From a virus: 43,398 nt of DNA. The translations under genes were made by a program, and so were the position numbers. Below the pieces are notes generated by a model. The model worked only from the letters and a program-made list of their open reading frames with translations, was not told the DNA's origin and did not search any database. The DNA is taken from positions 1 to 43,398 of IMG/VR virus record IMGVR_UViG_3300032144_000025; one strand, given 5' to 3'. Below are positions 16,964 to 27,517 of the stretch, piece after piece (position 1 is the stretch's first letter; every line of letters begins with the position of its first letter).

Positions 16964-16968
16964 GTGTG

Positions 16969-17285
16969 TTACTTCTTCCTCGAAATCCGCGCAGCGAGCC
17001 TCTCGACGCGCTGGGCCAGGTGTGTCAGGGCTGCGTGGTCGGCCAGGGCGAGCCGCGCAGAATCAACATACAGCCCGTCCTTGCCGTCCACAACGACCGT
17101 TCGGCCGATTTTCGTCTTGGCCAGGTCTTGGGCCATGGGGCCGAAGTTGTCGCCCGCGCGCTGGCCCGGCGCTTTCGGGTTGCGGTAGCGGTAGTGCGAC
17201 CCAGGGGCCGCGGTCAAATACTCCTTCAGTTCCGACGTCTTGGCCGCGCGGAAGGAGTGCTTTTGCCGCCGGTCCGACGTGACGA
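16969..17285 (-). other. S74 intramolecular chaperone auto-processing domain
   Basis: The SDRRQK codons lie at about 17260-17277. See the parent CDS. Confidence 0.55.
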
Positions 17286-18540
17286 GGCTGGAGGCCAAAC
17301 CGGCACCCATGCCGAGAATCCCCATGAAAAACTCGTCGTCTGACAAATTCTCGCCGGCGGCAATCTGTTCGCGCGCAGCCTTCAGAGCATTGTCAGACTG
17401 GTACATAGCCGTCAAATTGTTGTTGACGTTCTCCCGGTAGCCGACGTCTGTCTTGTACCGCTCCATGTCAATTTGCGAGACCGCGGTGGCCAAGCGACGA
17501 AGCGAGTCTCGCTCCGCCTGGTCCAGCTCGCGCCCGCCGAGATACGCGCGTAGGTTTTGCTCGGCAACCTTCGTCGCCTGGTCGGCCAGGGCAATTTCGT
17601 TCGACGCCAGCTGTTGGGAGACGTCGCCGATGCCTTTCACCGTCTCGATTCGCATTCCGGCAGCCTGGACAGCGTCGCGACGACCTTGCTCGGCTACCTC
17701 TTGCGTGCCGCGCGCCGCCAGCTGCGCTTGGGTACCGGCCGCCTGGCGCTGGGCGCCAGCTATCGCCGCCGCGCCGCCGCGAGCCATCGCGGCCGTGCCG
17801 GCGGCTTGCGACACCGCGCGGTCGGTTGCTTTCTGGAGGAAGGCTTGGTTGCCGAACGGGTCGACGCCGGAGAGCCGCGTCAGCTGGTCGTAGAAATCAG
17901 ACCGGGCCTGCTGTAGCCCGGCGGCCGCCGCGTCGTACTGCGTGCGGTCCAGCGTGGCCATTGGCGGCGGTCCCCCGACCGACGACGGAACGCCGGCGCC
18001 GGGGTCCTGCGTGACCTGCTGTGGTGGGGCTACGCCCGCTTCAGCGGGGGAAGCCGGCAGGCCTCGTGTACTACCAGCTCCGCGCCCAAAACCAGCCGCG
18101 GCCGCCGTTCCTGGCGCATTACCTTGGGCCTCGTCCCACGAGAAGTTGTCACGAACTTCGGGACGAACGCGCGCCGGGTCTGTTGCGGCCACCTGCGCGT
18201 TTTGAAGCTGGCGCAGCTTCAAAGCGTTGTTTGACAACCCGCCCGGGTTATTCGGATTCGGCTGGTCGTTAGGGTCGTACGGTTTCTGAACCGGAGGCGC
18301 TGCGGTCGCGGAGACCGTGACAGCCGGCGCCGGCGGTCGCGCACCAACAGGCGAAGGCGTGCGCGGACCCGGGCCGATGGCGGAGGACGGCTGCGCCGTC
18401 GGACGCTCTGCGCCAAACGTGTCGGTGTTGTTGGTAGGCGTCTGTGGTGCGCCGCCGGCGGCCTCGGCCTCGGCCTGCGTGGCGTACGCACCGCGGCCGT
18501 TGACCTGCCAAACGCCCAGATTTTGATTGTAGGAGACCAT
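16969..18540 (-). CDS. Tail fibre/spike-like protein with C-terminal intramolecular chaperone (Peptidase S74) domain
   Basis: C-terminus LVTSDRRQKHSF...YRYRN...GDNFGPMAQDLAKT...VVVDGKDGLYVDSARLALADHAALTHLAQRVERL matches the S74 auto-cleaving chaperone signature (SDRxxK). Confidence 0.6.
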   Translation of the reverse strand: MVSYNQNLGVWQVNGRGAYATQAEAEAAGGAPQTPTNNTDTFGAERPTAQPSSAIGPGPRTPSPVGARPPAPAVTVSATAAPPVQKPYDPNDQPNPNNPGGLSNNALKLRQLQNAQVAATDPARVRPEVRDNFSWDEAQGNAPGTAAAAGFGRGAGSTRGLPASPAEAGVAPPQQVTQDPGAGVPSSVGGPPPMATLDRTQYDAAAAGLQQARSDFYDQLTRLSGVDPFGNQAFLQKATDRAVSQAAGTAAMARGGAAAIAGAQRQAAGTQAQLAARGTQEVAEQGRRDAVQAAGMRIETVKGIGDVSQQLASNEIALADQATKVAEQNLRAYLGGRELDQAERDSLRRLATAVSQIDMERYKTDVGYRENVNNNLTAMYQSDNALKAAREQIAAGENLSDDEFFMGILGMGAGLASSLVTSDRRQKHSFRAAKTSELKEYLTAAPGSHYRYRNPKAPGQRAGDNFGPMAQDLAKTKIGRTVVVDGKDGLYVDSARLALADHAALTHLAQRVERLAARISRKK

Positions 18541-18546
18541 CTCGTG

Positions 18547-21500
18547 TCAGCGCCTCTTGGCGGAGTCCAGGCGCGTCGGCCCGGACCGTTGGGTGTAGAA
18601 TAGCGAAAAACCGGCCAGCCGGCAACCCTCGGCGGTCGTCGACGATGGCGTCATGGTGAAACGCAGGCGGAATTTGCCGCCGCGCTGGATGGCGGGGTAC
18701 CACTGGCGCTGGAAAGCCTGGCCGGCCGAGAGTCCTGTGACGGTGTGCGCCCCGAGAGACGTCCACGACTTGCCAGAATCGTAAGAAATCTCGCACGTTA
18801 TCGACGCAGCGCTCTGGAATTCACCCAGCAGCTCGACGCCTGCGAAACGCCCCCAGCCCGCCACACCGCCGAAAGCCGCGACGTCCCCGGTCTCGGCGAC
18901 CATCGAGACCGCCGTCGCGCCAGAGGCGTCGTCGCCGTACGCCGCGGCGGCCCGCTCCCACACTTCGCCGTCCGCGTCCACGGCATACATCCTGCCATCG
19001 TGGCCGACCAGCGCCGTGGGCGCGAACGGCAGGGCATCCAGGCTCCACTGTCCGCCGTTCAGGTCGCGAACCACGAGCACGGCGTCGGTTCCGTTGGCCA
19101 CGGCCCAGGCCAACACGTGGTCCGTCACGTCTAGCGCGGCGCCCACGGTTTCGCCTGCGGCGAAGGCGTCCTCCACCGCCCCGCCGACGAAGACCGGGGA
19201 GCCTTGCCCGCGCGGCAGGGCGTAGAGCTTGTCGACGTCGCCAAGAAACCACAACCCGTCGCCGGATTCCACGACAGACCGCCAGTCGTAAATCCCGACC
19301 GACGACGGCAGCCGCGCCGGCGAAGGGAACTCGCCGACGCCGGCCAGGTTCGGCCCGCCAGACGCCGACACGACGTAGAGCTGGTTGGTCGTCGCTGCGA
19401 CTATCGTGTCGTCGAGCGCGGCCAGCGCGGTAAGGTCCCCCTCGATGGAGTCTTGGTACACCAACGCCCCAGGGCCGGAGAGCCCGGGCTGGGTAAACGC
19501 CACCGGCTCGGCCGGCAGCACCAGCTGGGAATATTGCAGCTCCGGGCCAGCGCCGCCCAGCACCAGCCGGTCGCGGACCGCCACGACGTACGCAGACGGC
19601 GACGGCGGGGCTACGTCCAGGGCGCCAGACACCGCGCCGAACTCACCTTCGGTGTACAACCGGCGGTTGTCTACGATGGAGGCGTCGGGCAGGGTGTCGA
19701 CTACCGAGACCTCGTCGTCTGTGGCGCCGACCGCCGCCGTGGCCACCAGGTAGAACAACTCCCCCGGCCCGGCTTCCGTGCGGTATAGCTCGACCTTCGG
19801 CGCGCCAAGCAGTTCGGCGTCCCGTCGAAGCGTCTTGGCCACGTGCACCAGGGCCGTGACGGTGTCGTCCGAACCCGAGATGACGTTCGCCACCGCGTCG
19901 GATACCGGGGAGCGGTGGATTCGCCCTCCGGCGTCGGTCCAGGTCACGACGCAGCGGTACTCGTACGTGCCGTTGGCGATGGTGCCTGAACTGTTTGACT
20001 CCGTGATTGACGCGAAAATCGGCTTCGACAGGCCGTTCTCCACCACTATGCCGTTCGTCACTGTGGCGACGGTGCCGCCGGCCAAATGCAGCACGCCGCC
20101 CAGCACGGCGCCTGGCCGACGCGCGGTCGAGTACACGGCGAGGGACGCAACAGCGGCCTGGCGCGTGACCAGAGTCGAACCCGACGTCGAAGCCGCTTTT
20201 CGCGTCGTGTTGCTGGTGTCAGAAAGCCGCATGTACGCGGTCAAGGACTGGCCGGCGAGATTCTGGCACGGCGCGTACGGCGCCGATACCCCAGCCGCGG
20301 CGAAGCCAGTACCGGTAGAGAACGCCAAGCAGGCCCACGGCTGGTCGACGTCGACCAGGAGCACATCGTTCAGCGCGGTCAGCGCCGTGTTGGCGCGCGC
20401 CACGACCACGGCAGCGGAATTCTCGGCGAACAGAAAACCACCCACCAGCGAAGAAGAGTCGTGGTCGGTTCGAACGTTCGACGAGTGTGTGGTGGCTATT
20501 TTGTTTACCACGCACGTCCGCGACCCGCTCAGGCCAGACGCCACGAAAATGCTGGACGAGCATCCTACAGCGAATTGGCCTGCCGTCACAGCCACGCCCG
20601 CGTTCACCGCCGTGGGCCCTGCTGACGTCGTGAACGACCCAGACGCTCCGAAGGTCAGCAGTTGAAGCTCCGACGAGCCGTTGTCGTACACGACGTGCAC
20701 GTTCGTGTCGTCGGACGCGATGGCGCAGCGCGTGGCGGCGGAGGCCGCGACAGTCTTCGTGGTTCCAGTTTGCAAACCGGCCGACGTGAACTGCGCGTAT
20801 TTCACCTCGCCGGCCTCGACGTACGCGACATGCACGCCGACCGGGGTGTTCGTGTCTTTGATGGCCGTGGCCGCGTCGAAGTCGGTGATGGTCGCGGTGA
20901 CCAACGTGGTCAGGGACGTGACGCCCAACGCGGCGGGGTCTATCTTGCGCAGACGCAAAACTGTACCGGTGTTCTCCAACAGGCCGAACGTCGTGCCGAA
21001 CGACACCAGCTTGCGCGGCGCGGAGTCGGCCGACGCGGAAAAAGAGTCGTAGAAAACGGTCTCGTCTGTGGCGACCCGGAAGACGCGAAGAACGCTGGTC
21101 GCAGAAGTCTGCTGCACTACGGCGCCCCACACGCCATCCGCCGTCACGCCGCACGAAACACGGCGCACGTCGGCCGGCAAGTCAGGCACGTTTCCGCGCA
21201 CGCGAATGTTCGTGGCCGGTGACACAGGCATCCCTCGGCGCTGGGTCCAAGGCACGGTGGAGGTCTGCTCGGTAAACACGGCCACCGACAGCGGCGCGGT
21301 GTTCGAAATAGACCGGACCAGACCGACCAAAGAAGGACCGACGGAGTACAGGTCTTGGAAGGAGTAGTCACCGCCGATGAGCGTCCCGTCGTCCGCGATT
21401 ACCGACGTGTCGACAGGGCGCCAGCCCGTGCGCAACGCCAGCTCTCCGGCTTTGTTGAATCGGGCGTTTTTCAACCGCGCCAGCACGCCGTCGGGAAGCA

Positions 21501-21567
21501 GCTTCGGGTCGATGCTCTCGTCCTGGCCCTGGACGAACGGGACGGTGACGGACCGAAGGCGGCTCAC
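18547..21567 (-). CDS. Large tail structural protein (tail tubular B / nozzle-like, tentative)
   Basis: 1006 aa. The N-terminus VPFVQGQDESIDPKLLPDGVLARLKNARFNKAGELALRTGW resembles the N-terminal pattern of podovirus gp12-like proteins. The protein is beta-rich throughout. GTGA overlap with the upstream small gene. Confidence 0.4.
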   Translation of the reverse strand: MSRLRSVTVPFVQGQDESIDPKLLPDGVLARLKNARFNKAGELALRTGWRPVDTSVIADDGTLIGGDYSFQDLYSVGPSLVGLVRSISNTAPLSVAVFTEQTSTVPWTQRRGMPVSPATNIRVRGNVPDLPADVRRVSCGVTADGVWGAVVQQTSATSVLRVFRVATDETVFYDSFSASADSAPRKLVSFGTTFGLLENTGTVLRLRKIDPAALGVTSLTTLVTATITDFDAATAIKDTNTPVGVHVAYVEAGEVKYAQFTSAGLQTGTTKTVAASAATRCAIASDDTNVHVVYDNGSSELQLLTFGASGSFTTSAGPTAVNAGVAVTAGQFAVGCSSSIFVASGLSGSRTCVVNKIATTHSSNVRTDHDSSSLVGGFLFAENSAAVVVARANTALTALNDVLLVDVDQPWACLAFSTGTGFAAAGVSAPYAPCQNLAGQSLTAYMRLSDTSNTTRKAASTSGSTLVTRQAAVASLAVYSTARRPGAVLGGVLHLAGGTVATVTNGIVVENGLSKPIFASITESNSSGTIANGTYEYRCVVTWTDAGGRIHRSPVSDAVANVISGSDDTVTALVHVAKTLRRDAELLGAPKVELYRTEAGPGELFYLVATAAVGATDDEVSVVDTLPDASIVDNRRLYTEGEFGAVSGALDVAPPSPSAYVVAVRDRLVLGGAGPELQYSQLVLPAEPVAFTQPGLSGPGALVYQDSIEGDLTALAALDDTIVAATTNQLYVVSASGGPNLAGVGEFPSPARLPSSVGIYDWRSVVESGDGLWFLGDVDKLYALPRGQGSPVFVGGAVEDAFAAGETVGAALDVTDHVLAWAVANGTDAVLVVRDLNGGQWSLDALPFAPTALVGHDGRMYAVDADGEVWERAAAAYGDDASGATAVSMVAETGDVAAFGGVAGWGRFAGVELLGEFQSAASITCEISYDSGKSWTSLGAHTVTGLSAGQAFQRQWYPAIQRGGKFRLRFTMTPSSTTAEGCRLAGFSLFYTQRSGPTRLDSAKRR

Positions 21568-21761
21568 GGCGTGCCCTCCGCGCGCGCGACAGGCACGCCA
21601 CGCAACTCGGCCTCGATGCGGTCAAGTCGCGCGGCCATCAGGCCTACCTGGACGCGCAGCTCGACGCCGCCGGCAAGAGCCGTCACCAGCGCGGCGACAG
21701 CGGCGATGGTTTTCGCGTCCCACGACGGGGAGGGCGGGGCGGGTTTGGCGCGCGGAGACAC
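21564..21761 (-). CDS. Small membrane-anchored coiled-coil protein (65 aa)
   Basis: Hydrophobic TIAAVAALVTALAGGV followed by an amphipathic helix. GTG start 3 nt after the SPFH stop, and the stop overlaps the next start. Confidence 0.4.
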   Translation of the reverse strand: MSPRAKPAPPSPSWDAKTIAAVAALVTALAGGVELRVQVGLMAARLDRIEAELRGVPVARAEGTP

Positions 21762-21764
21762 GGC

Positions 21765-22292
21765 TCAGTTTTCATCCTTCGTGGCGCCGAACAGGCGGAA
21801 CGACATAGCGGGCGTCACGTCGGTGAATTGGACCTTTTCCACCGCGACACCCCATCGCTTGGCCGCGGTCGTCACGGCCGTCCTGACGCGCCGCAACACG
21901 GCACCGGAGTAGACCGCCTCGGCCGTCGCCTTCGCCACGGCGGAGCCCAGCGCGCCGGCGGCGACGTCCTGCACGTTGTTCGTGGCGTCGAAGACGTTCA
22001 GGACGAACTGCTCCGGGTCCGCTACGTGGTACGACACCATCAGGCGCAGCACCAGGTCGACGCCGTCCTTCGTGCGAAGGGACTGGGCCGGTAGGACGTC
22101 GGCCCACAACCGCATATCGACGTGGGTGGATGTTTCGATGGCGAACGGCCACACGAAATTCAAGCCTGGCTTTAGTTTCCTGACGGGAATGCCGAAACGA
22201 CGCACGAAGCCTGCGTTCTCGGCCTTGCACACGGTCCAGAACTGGAACAGTTCCAGGATGGACGTCAGAAACTCGAAGAGTTTTTCAAACAT
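21765..22292 (-). CDS. SPFH / band-7 (stomatin-prohibitin-like) domain protein
   Basis: Hydrophobic N-terminus MFEKLFEFLTSILELFQFW. Then ENAGFVRRFGIPVRKLKPGLNFVWPFAIETSTHVDMRLW...PAQSLRTKDGVDLVLRLMVSYHVADPEQF, typical of SPFH. ATG 22292 has a GAGGA 8 nt upstream. Confidence 0.7.
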   Translation of the reverse strand: MFEKLFEFLTSILELFQFWTVCKAENAGFVRRFGIPVRKLKPGLNFVWPFAIETSTHVDMRLWADVLPAQSLRTKDGVDLVLRLMVSYHVADPEQFVLNVFDATNNVQDVAAGALGSAVAKATAEAVYSGAVLRRVRTAVTTAAKRWGVAVEKVQFTDVTPAMSFRLFGATKDEN

Positions 22293-22348
22293 GGGCTGGT
22301 TCCTCAAACCTAACACTCGGCCGGCCCGGACGCCAGGTCAGGCGTAAA

Positions 22349-23858
<1,510 letters not shown>

Positions 23859-23869
<11 letters not shown>

Positions 23870-24596
23870 AACGCCTCCCCCGCCGTCGGGGGAGAATAGG
23901 CCCGGCGGACTGGACGCGGGATGCCGACGCTAGCACGCGCGCTTCGGCTTCGGCCTTTTTCTGTACCGCAATAGTATAGGTTTCGCGCTGGTCGTCGTCG
24001 CGCGCGGCCAGGTCGCACACGACGTGCCACACCACCCACGGCACACCACCGGGCAACGCCAGGAAGAGGTCGGCGTCGGCGCTCAGGTCGACCCAGTCCG
24101 GCAGGTACCAGATTTTGTACGCGCCGCCGGTGGCGGCGGGGAACAGGTCCAGGGCGCCGGCCAGGGCGGCGTCGAGGTCGGTGGGGTCCGTCGTCGGCAC
24201 GCGCCGGATGGCGAAGAACCGCGGCGAGCCGCCGCCGCTCGCCCACCGCGGGTTGCGGCGGGCTTGCCAGGTGATGGGCTGGAGTGAGTACCAGTCGTCG
24301 GCGGTCGTCGACGACGCGACGTCCACGCCAACGATTTGGACCGCGCGCGGCGGCCCGGCGGGCCACGGGACCTCGGAGTACTGCTCCCCCGTCACAGCCG
24401 TCCCGGTCAGCGTAGCCGCGGTCGTGGCTTCGATGTAGTAGGGCAGGCCGTTCGCCGTCACCATCGCGCGATAGTCGCGGATGGCGGCGTTCAAACGGCG
24501 CGTCAGGTCGGCGTCGGGGTGACGCGCGACCAGACCTTCGACATCACCCAGGTACCGCACCTCGGCGCGGAGCTGGGCCAAGCTCCGGCTCTCCAC
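23859..24596 (-). CDS. Virion structural protein, possibly head-tail adaptor
   Basis: 245 aa, positioned between the capsid/decoration genes and the fibre gene. The call is from position only. Confidence 0.3.
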
Positions 24597-24599
24597 GGC

Positions 24600-24974
24600 T
24601 CAGGTCCTCAGCAGTTCGACCGGGGCGGGCTCAGAGGGCGCCGGCGCCTGCGGGCCCTCGGCGTCACACGCCCGGAAGTCCTCCGCGGCCTGCAGGATTT
24701 CCTCGGGCGAGACCTCCATACGCAGGAGCACGGCCACGATGTAGTCGAAATCTTGGCGCAGCGCAGCCATCGCGAGGTCTTCGGCGACCGGCGCGGGGAC
24801 TACGGCCTCGAAAGCCTCGACCTGGCACGCGAATTTCGCCGCCGCGGGGCTGTTGGGGTCGGCTACGCCGACGAGGTTGCACCCAGACGACAGTGCGCCG
24901 GCCACAGCAGCCAGAAGAAGGCGCAAAACCTCCTTGAACGCGGGGGACGACACGACTTTCTTGAGGAATTCCAC
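24600..24974 (-). CDS. Putative secreted/lipoprotein (124 aa)
   Basis: N-terminal LRLLLAAVAGALSSGC resembles a signal peptide with a lipobox-like SSGC. GTG start. Confidence 0.3.
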   Translation of the reverse strand: MEFLKKVVSSPAFKEVLRLLLAAVAGALSSGCNLVGVADPNSPAAAKFACQVEAFEAVVPAPVAEDLAMAALRQDFDYIVAVLLRMEVSPEEILQAAEDFRACDAEGPQAPAPSEPAPVELLRT

Positions 24975-24997
24975 GGAAAAAGGCCTTTGGTAGGGCT

Positions 24998-25041
24998 AAA
25001 AAGTGCGCGCGGGCTCCGAAGCCCTGCCGAAACCCGCGCGC
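24998..25041 (-). terminator. Intrinsic terminator after the capsid/decoration gene set
   Basis: Minus strand reads GCGCGCGGG - 19 nt - CCCGCGCGC AC TTTTT. The 9-bp GC stem arms are at 25033-25041 and 25005-25013, and the U-run is at 24998-25002. It lies 8 nt after the stop at 25049. Confidence 0.55.
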
Positions 25042-25048
25042 GATGTGG

Positions 25049-25231
25049 TTACTTGCCGCCGACGGCCGACTTCGGGTACGAAATCGACCCCTTCGAAGAG
25101 GGCGGAGGGGCGCCGGCCGGGATTTTGGGCCCTGGGCCCTTGTCCACAGGGCCTGCCTTCGGGGCCAGACCCTTGATGGCCGACGTGGCGCAGCTGCCTG
25201 CGCCCTTCGTGGAGGCTCCGTAGCCTTTCAC
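25049..25231 (-). CDS. Small Lys/Gly/Pro-rich protein (60 aa)
   Basis: GTG start forms a GTGA overlap with the upstream stop. Followed by a terminator. Confidence 0.35.
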   Translation of the reverse strand: MKGYGASTKGAGSCATSAIKGLAPKAGPVDKGPGPKIPAGAPPPSSKGSISYPKSAVGGK

Positions 25232-25632
25232 GACGCCGCCTTGAGGACGTAAATCATCGCGGTGATGTTGCCCTCCACGTCGACCGCCGACGGCGTCGCT
25301 GCGTCGAACGCCCGCAGCGACAGCACGCCGGTGGCGTAGTTGGTCGTGTCGGAGTCTACAGAGAACTCGACCGCGGCGGGCGTGCCCTGAGAAGGCGCGG
25401 CCACGACGGTCCAGCCGACGGCGCCCGTGCCGCCGGCCGGGAACCCGATTTCGTAGATACCGGCCGCGCCGTTTGCGACGGTGATGCCGCCAGACGACAA
25501 CGCGTTGTTCACTGCCGGCGTCCCCGACGTCACCGTGATGGTGGCGATGAAGACCTCCAGCCGTGAAGGCAGGTTGACGTGGACGTTGGGGAACGGAGCG
25601 CGGTTTGCGGAGAAAGGTGCGTTGTCGGCCAT
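25228..25632 (-). CDS. Beta-rich capsid-associated (decoration-like) protein, paralogue 2
   Basis: Aligns by eye with the upstream 123-aa product: GITVANGAAGIYEIGFPAGGTGAVGWT / GFTVTTGANGIITGTAPKGARGVLWT, FSVDSDTTNYATGVLSL / VQVTDVTTYDPAAGTFAL, and EGNITAMIYVLK / NGDEIWLFFMIE. Confidence 0.45.
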   Translation of the reverse strand: MADNAPFSANRAPFPNVHVNLPSRLEVFIATITVTSGTPAVNNALSSGGITVANGAAGIYEIGFPAGGTGAVGWTVVAAPSQGTPAAVEFSVDSDTTNYATGVLSLRAFDAATPSAVDVEGNITAMIYVLKAAS

Positions 25633-25635
25633 GGG

Positions 25636-26007
25636 TCAGCCACCCTCAATCATGAAGAAGAGCCAGATTTCGTCACCGTTGGCCAGGATGGTCTCGGCGC
25701 CGTCGTTGTGATGCTGCAGCGCGAACGTGCCGGCTGCGGGGTCGTAGGTCGTGACGTCCGTGACCTGGACGCTGGCCGCCGTGGCGGTTTTGCCCTGGGT
25801 CCACAGCACGCCCCGGGCGCCCTTGGGGGCGGTCCCGGTGATGATGCCGTTGGCGCCGGTCGTCACGGTGAAGCCGGAGGCGGACTTCGCCGTGACGATG
25901 GACACCGTCGTGCCGTTGGACGTCAACACCACCGGGAGCACCACGCCGCGCTTGTACGGCGTGTTGACCCCTGGGTAGGGGGCGTTGATGATTGCGTATT
26001 CAGCCAT
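25636..26007 (-). CDS. Beta-rich capsid-associated (decoration-like) protein, paralogue 1
   Basis: Immediately downstream of the major capsid gene. Paralogous to 25228..25632. Confidence 0.45.
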   Translation of the reverse strand: MAEYAIINAPYPGVNTPYKRGVVLPVVLTSNGTTVSIVTAKSASGFTVTTGANGIITGTAPKGARGVLWTQGKTATAASVQVTDVTTYDPAAGTFALQHHNDGAETILANGDEIWLFFMIEGG

Positions 26008-26031
26008 GTCGTGTGTCTCCGGCGGCCGGGC

Positions 26032-27363
26032 TCACACCGCGAAGCGGCAGTGCAGCCAGGGCTCGCGGATGATGAGCTGCGGGAACGCGATGAGCCGGAA
26101 CTCCAGGTCGTTCGACTCCGCCTGGCGCAGCATTTCCAGGCCGTCGGCGTTGGCGACGCCGGGGAGGCCGTCCAGGTGGTGGATTTTGATTTCCGGGAGG
26201 TCCAGGCCGTAGATGAAGCTCGGGTCCTGGTGCGGCTCGGCGATGATTTCGCACATGCCGTTCACGCCCATCACCTGCACCGACTTGCCGCCGGCGGTCA
26301 GCGTCGAACCGATGTCCGTGATGATGCCTTGGGCGTGGAGGGCGCGGACGATTTGGAACCAGACCTCGGACTGCGCGACGAAGGTCAACGGCCGACGACC
26401 GGCGAACCTCGACTGCATGAAGACGCTCGCGAAGCCGATTTTGTGCTCCGGCGGGAGGGCCGAAATCACGCTGGCCGGGACTCGGACGCCCGAGAGCGCG
26501 GAGTCCACCGTGCGGTCGACGGTCGCGAAGGTGTCGTTCGAAGAGAGGTACGACGGGGTAATCCAGTCGCTCAGCGTCTGACACAGCAGCTTGCTGCCCA
26601 GGCCAGAGCCCGGCAGGAGCGGCTTGAACTGGCCGACCGGGAACAGGAAGACGTTGTCGCCCTGCGAGCCCCAGCCCGCCGGAATCTCCGGAGTGGTGGA
26701 ACCGCGCGTGTCCGAAATCGTCACCGTGCCGGCCTCGCGGTCGACCTGGACGACGTAGCCTCGGGCCGCGTTCACGTTCGCGGGCAGGAGGGTGTGGGAC
26801 AGCGACGAGCCGTTGCCGGCCGACGCCACGAGGACCATGCCCTTGTGGTAGTTGGCCACGTCACTCGGGTTGACGAGGGTGAGCGTGCCGTTCGCCGTCG
26901 AGGTCAGGTCGGCCTCGCCGATGGTGTACCCGGAGCCGCCGAGGATGACCTGGGCGAAGCGCTCGCCGAAGGCCTCGCCGTGCTTGTCCGTGGCGTGGGT
27001 CAAGTTGCGCAAGTACGCGCCCTTGTTCGTCTTTCCGGCGACAAGGTCCTTGTACTTGATGGTCAAGGACGTTTCGATTTGGCCGGTGGGGACGAGCCAC
27101 TCACCGTCGTGCGTCGCCGCACCGGGGGCCGTGCCTGCGCCCTGAGAGCCGGACTGGGAGGCGACTTCCTGGGCCGAGGCCAGGTCGCCGGCGATGCCCA
27201 TGCCGCCCGCCAAGGTGAAGAATTCACCGGTATTGGCGCCTTCTACTGCGCTTTTGCGCAGCCTATCCATGAGTGGGGACGCGCGCCCGACCAGTGTGTG
27301 CAAAGGTTGCACATCGACGTAGTAGCTGTGTAGGGCGGCATCCGCCCAAGAACCGAGAGACAT
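26032..27363 (-). CDS. Major capsid protein
   Basis: 443 aa, the first gene of the virion operon, followed by decoration-like genes and a terminator. Composition and size fit a P22/HK97-fold coat protein. No diagnostic motif is visible by eye. Confidence 0.6.
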   Translation of the reverse strand: MSLGSWADAALHSYYVDVQPLHTLVGRASPLMDRLRKSAVEGANTGEFFTLAGGMGIAGDLASAQEVASQSGSQGAGTAPGAATHDGEWLVPTGQIETSLTIKYKDLVAGKTNKGAYLRNLTHATDKHGEAFGERFAQVILGGSGYTIGEADLTSTANGTLTLVNPSDVANYHKGMVLVASAGNGSSLSHTLLPANVNAARGYVVQVDREAGTVTISDTRGSTTPEIPAGWGSQGDNVFLFPVGQFKPLLPGSGLGSKLLCQTLSDWITPSYLSSNDTFATVDRTVDSALSGVRVPASVISALPPEHKIGFASVFMQSRFAGRRPLTFVAQSEVWFQIVRALHAQGIITDIGSTLTAGGKSVQVMGVNGMCEIIAEPHQDPSFIYGLDLPEIKIHHLDGLPGVANADGLEMLRQAESNDLEFRLIAFPQLIIREPWLHCRFAV

Positions 27364-27386
27364 CTTCTAACGACCTACTGTGAGAG

Positions 27387-27406
27387 GAAAAACGAGAGCG
27401 TTTTTC
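27387..27406. promoter_or_regulatory. A/T-rich hairpin GAAAAACG-AGAG-CGTTTTTC in the capsid 5' leader
   Basis: Perfect 8-bp inverted repeat 24-43 nt upstream of the capsid ATG. Confidence 0.3.
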
Positions 27407-27470
27407 GTCAGTTCAGTAGGCCGGCGACGCCATCGGATGGTTTAACGAGGCCCAGTCACCTCGGCGCTAA

Positions 27471-27512
27471 CCCCCGCTCGCTGGGGGTACGCCTCTTTCG
27501 AAGCGTACCCCC
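27471..27512 (-). promoter_or_regulatory. Two mutually exclusive hairpins between the Endo VII gene and the capsid gene
   Basis: GGGGGTACGC (27483-27492) pairs with GCGTACCCCC (27503-27512). CCCCC (27471-27475) pairs with GGGGG (27483-27487). Both structures use the same G5. No U-tract follows on the minus strand. Confidence 0.3.
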
Positions 27513-27517
27513 TCAAT

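Noticed and set aside
25579-27333. 584-aa plus-strand ORF
   Set aside because: It is antisense to the major capsid and decoration genes. It has R/G/D/V-rich shadow composition.
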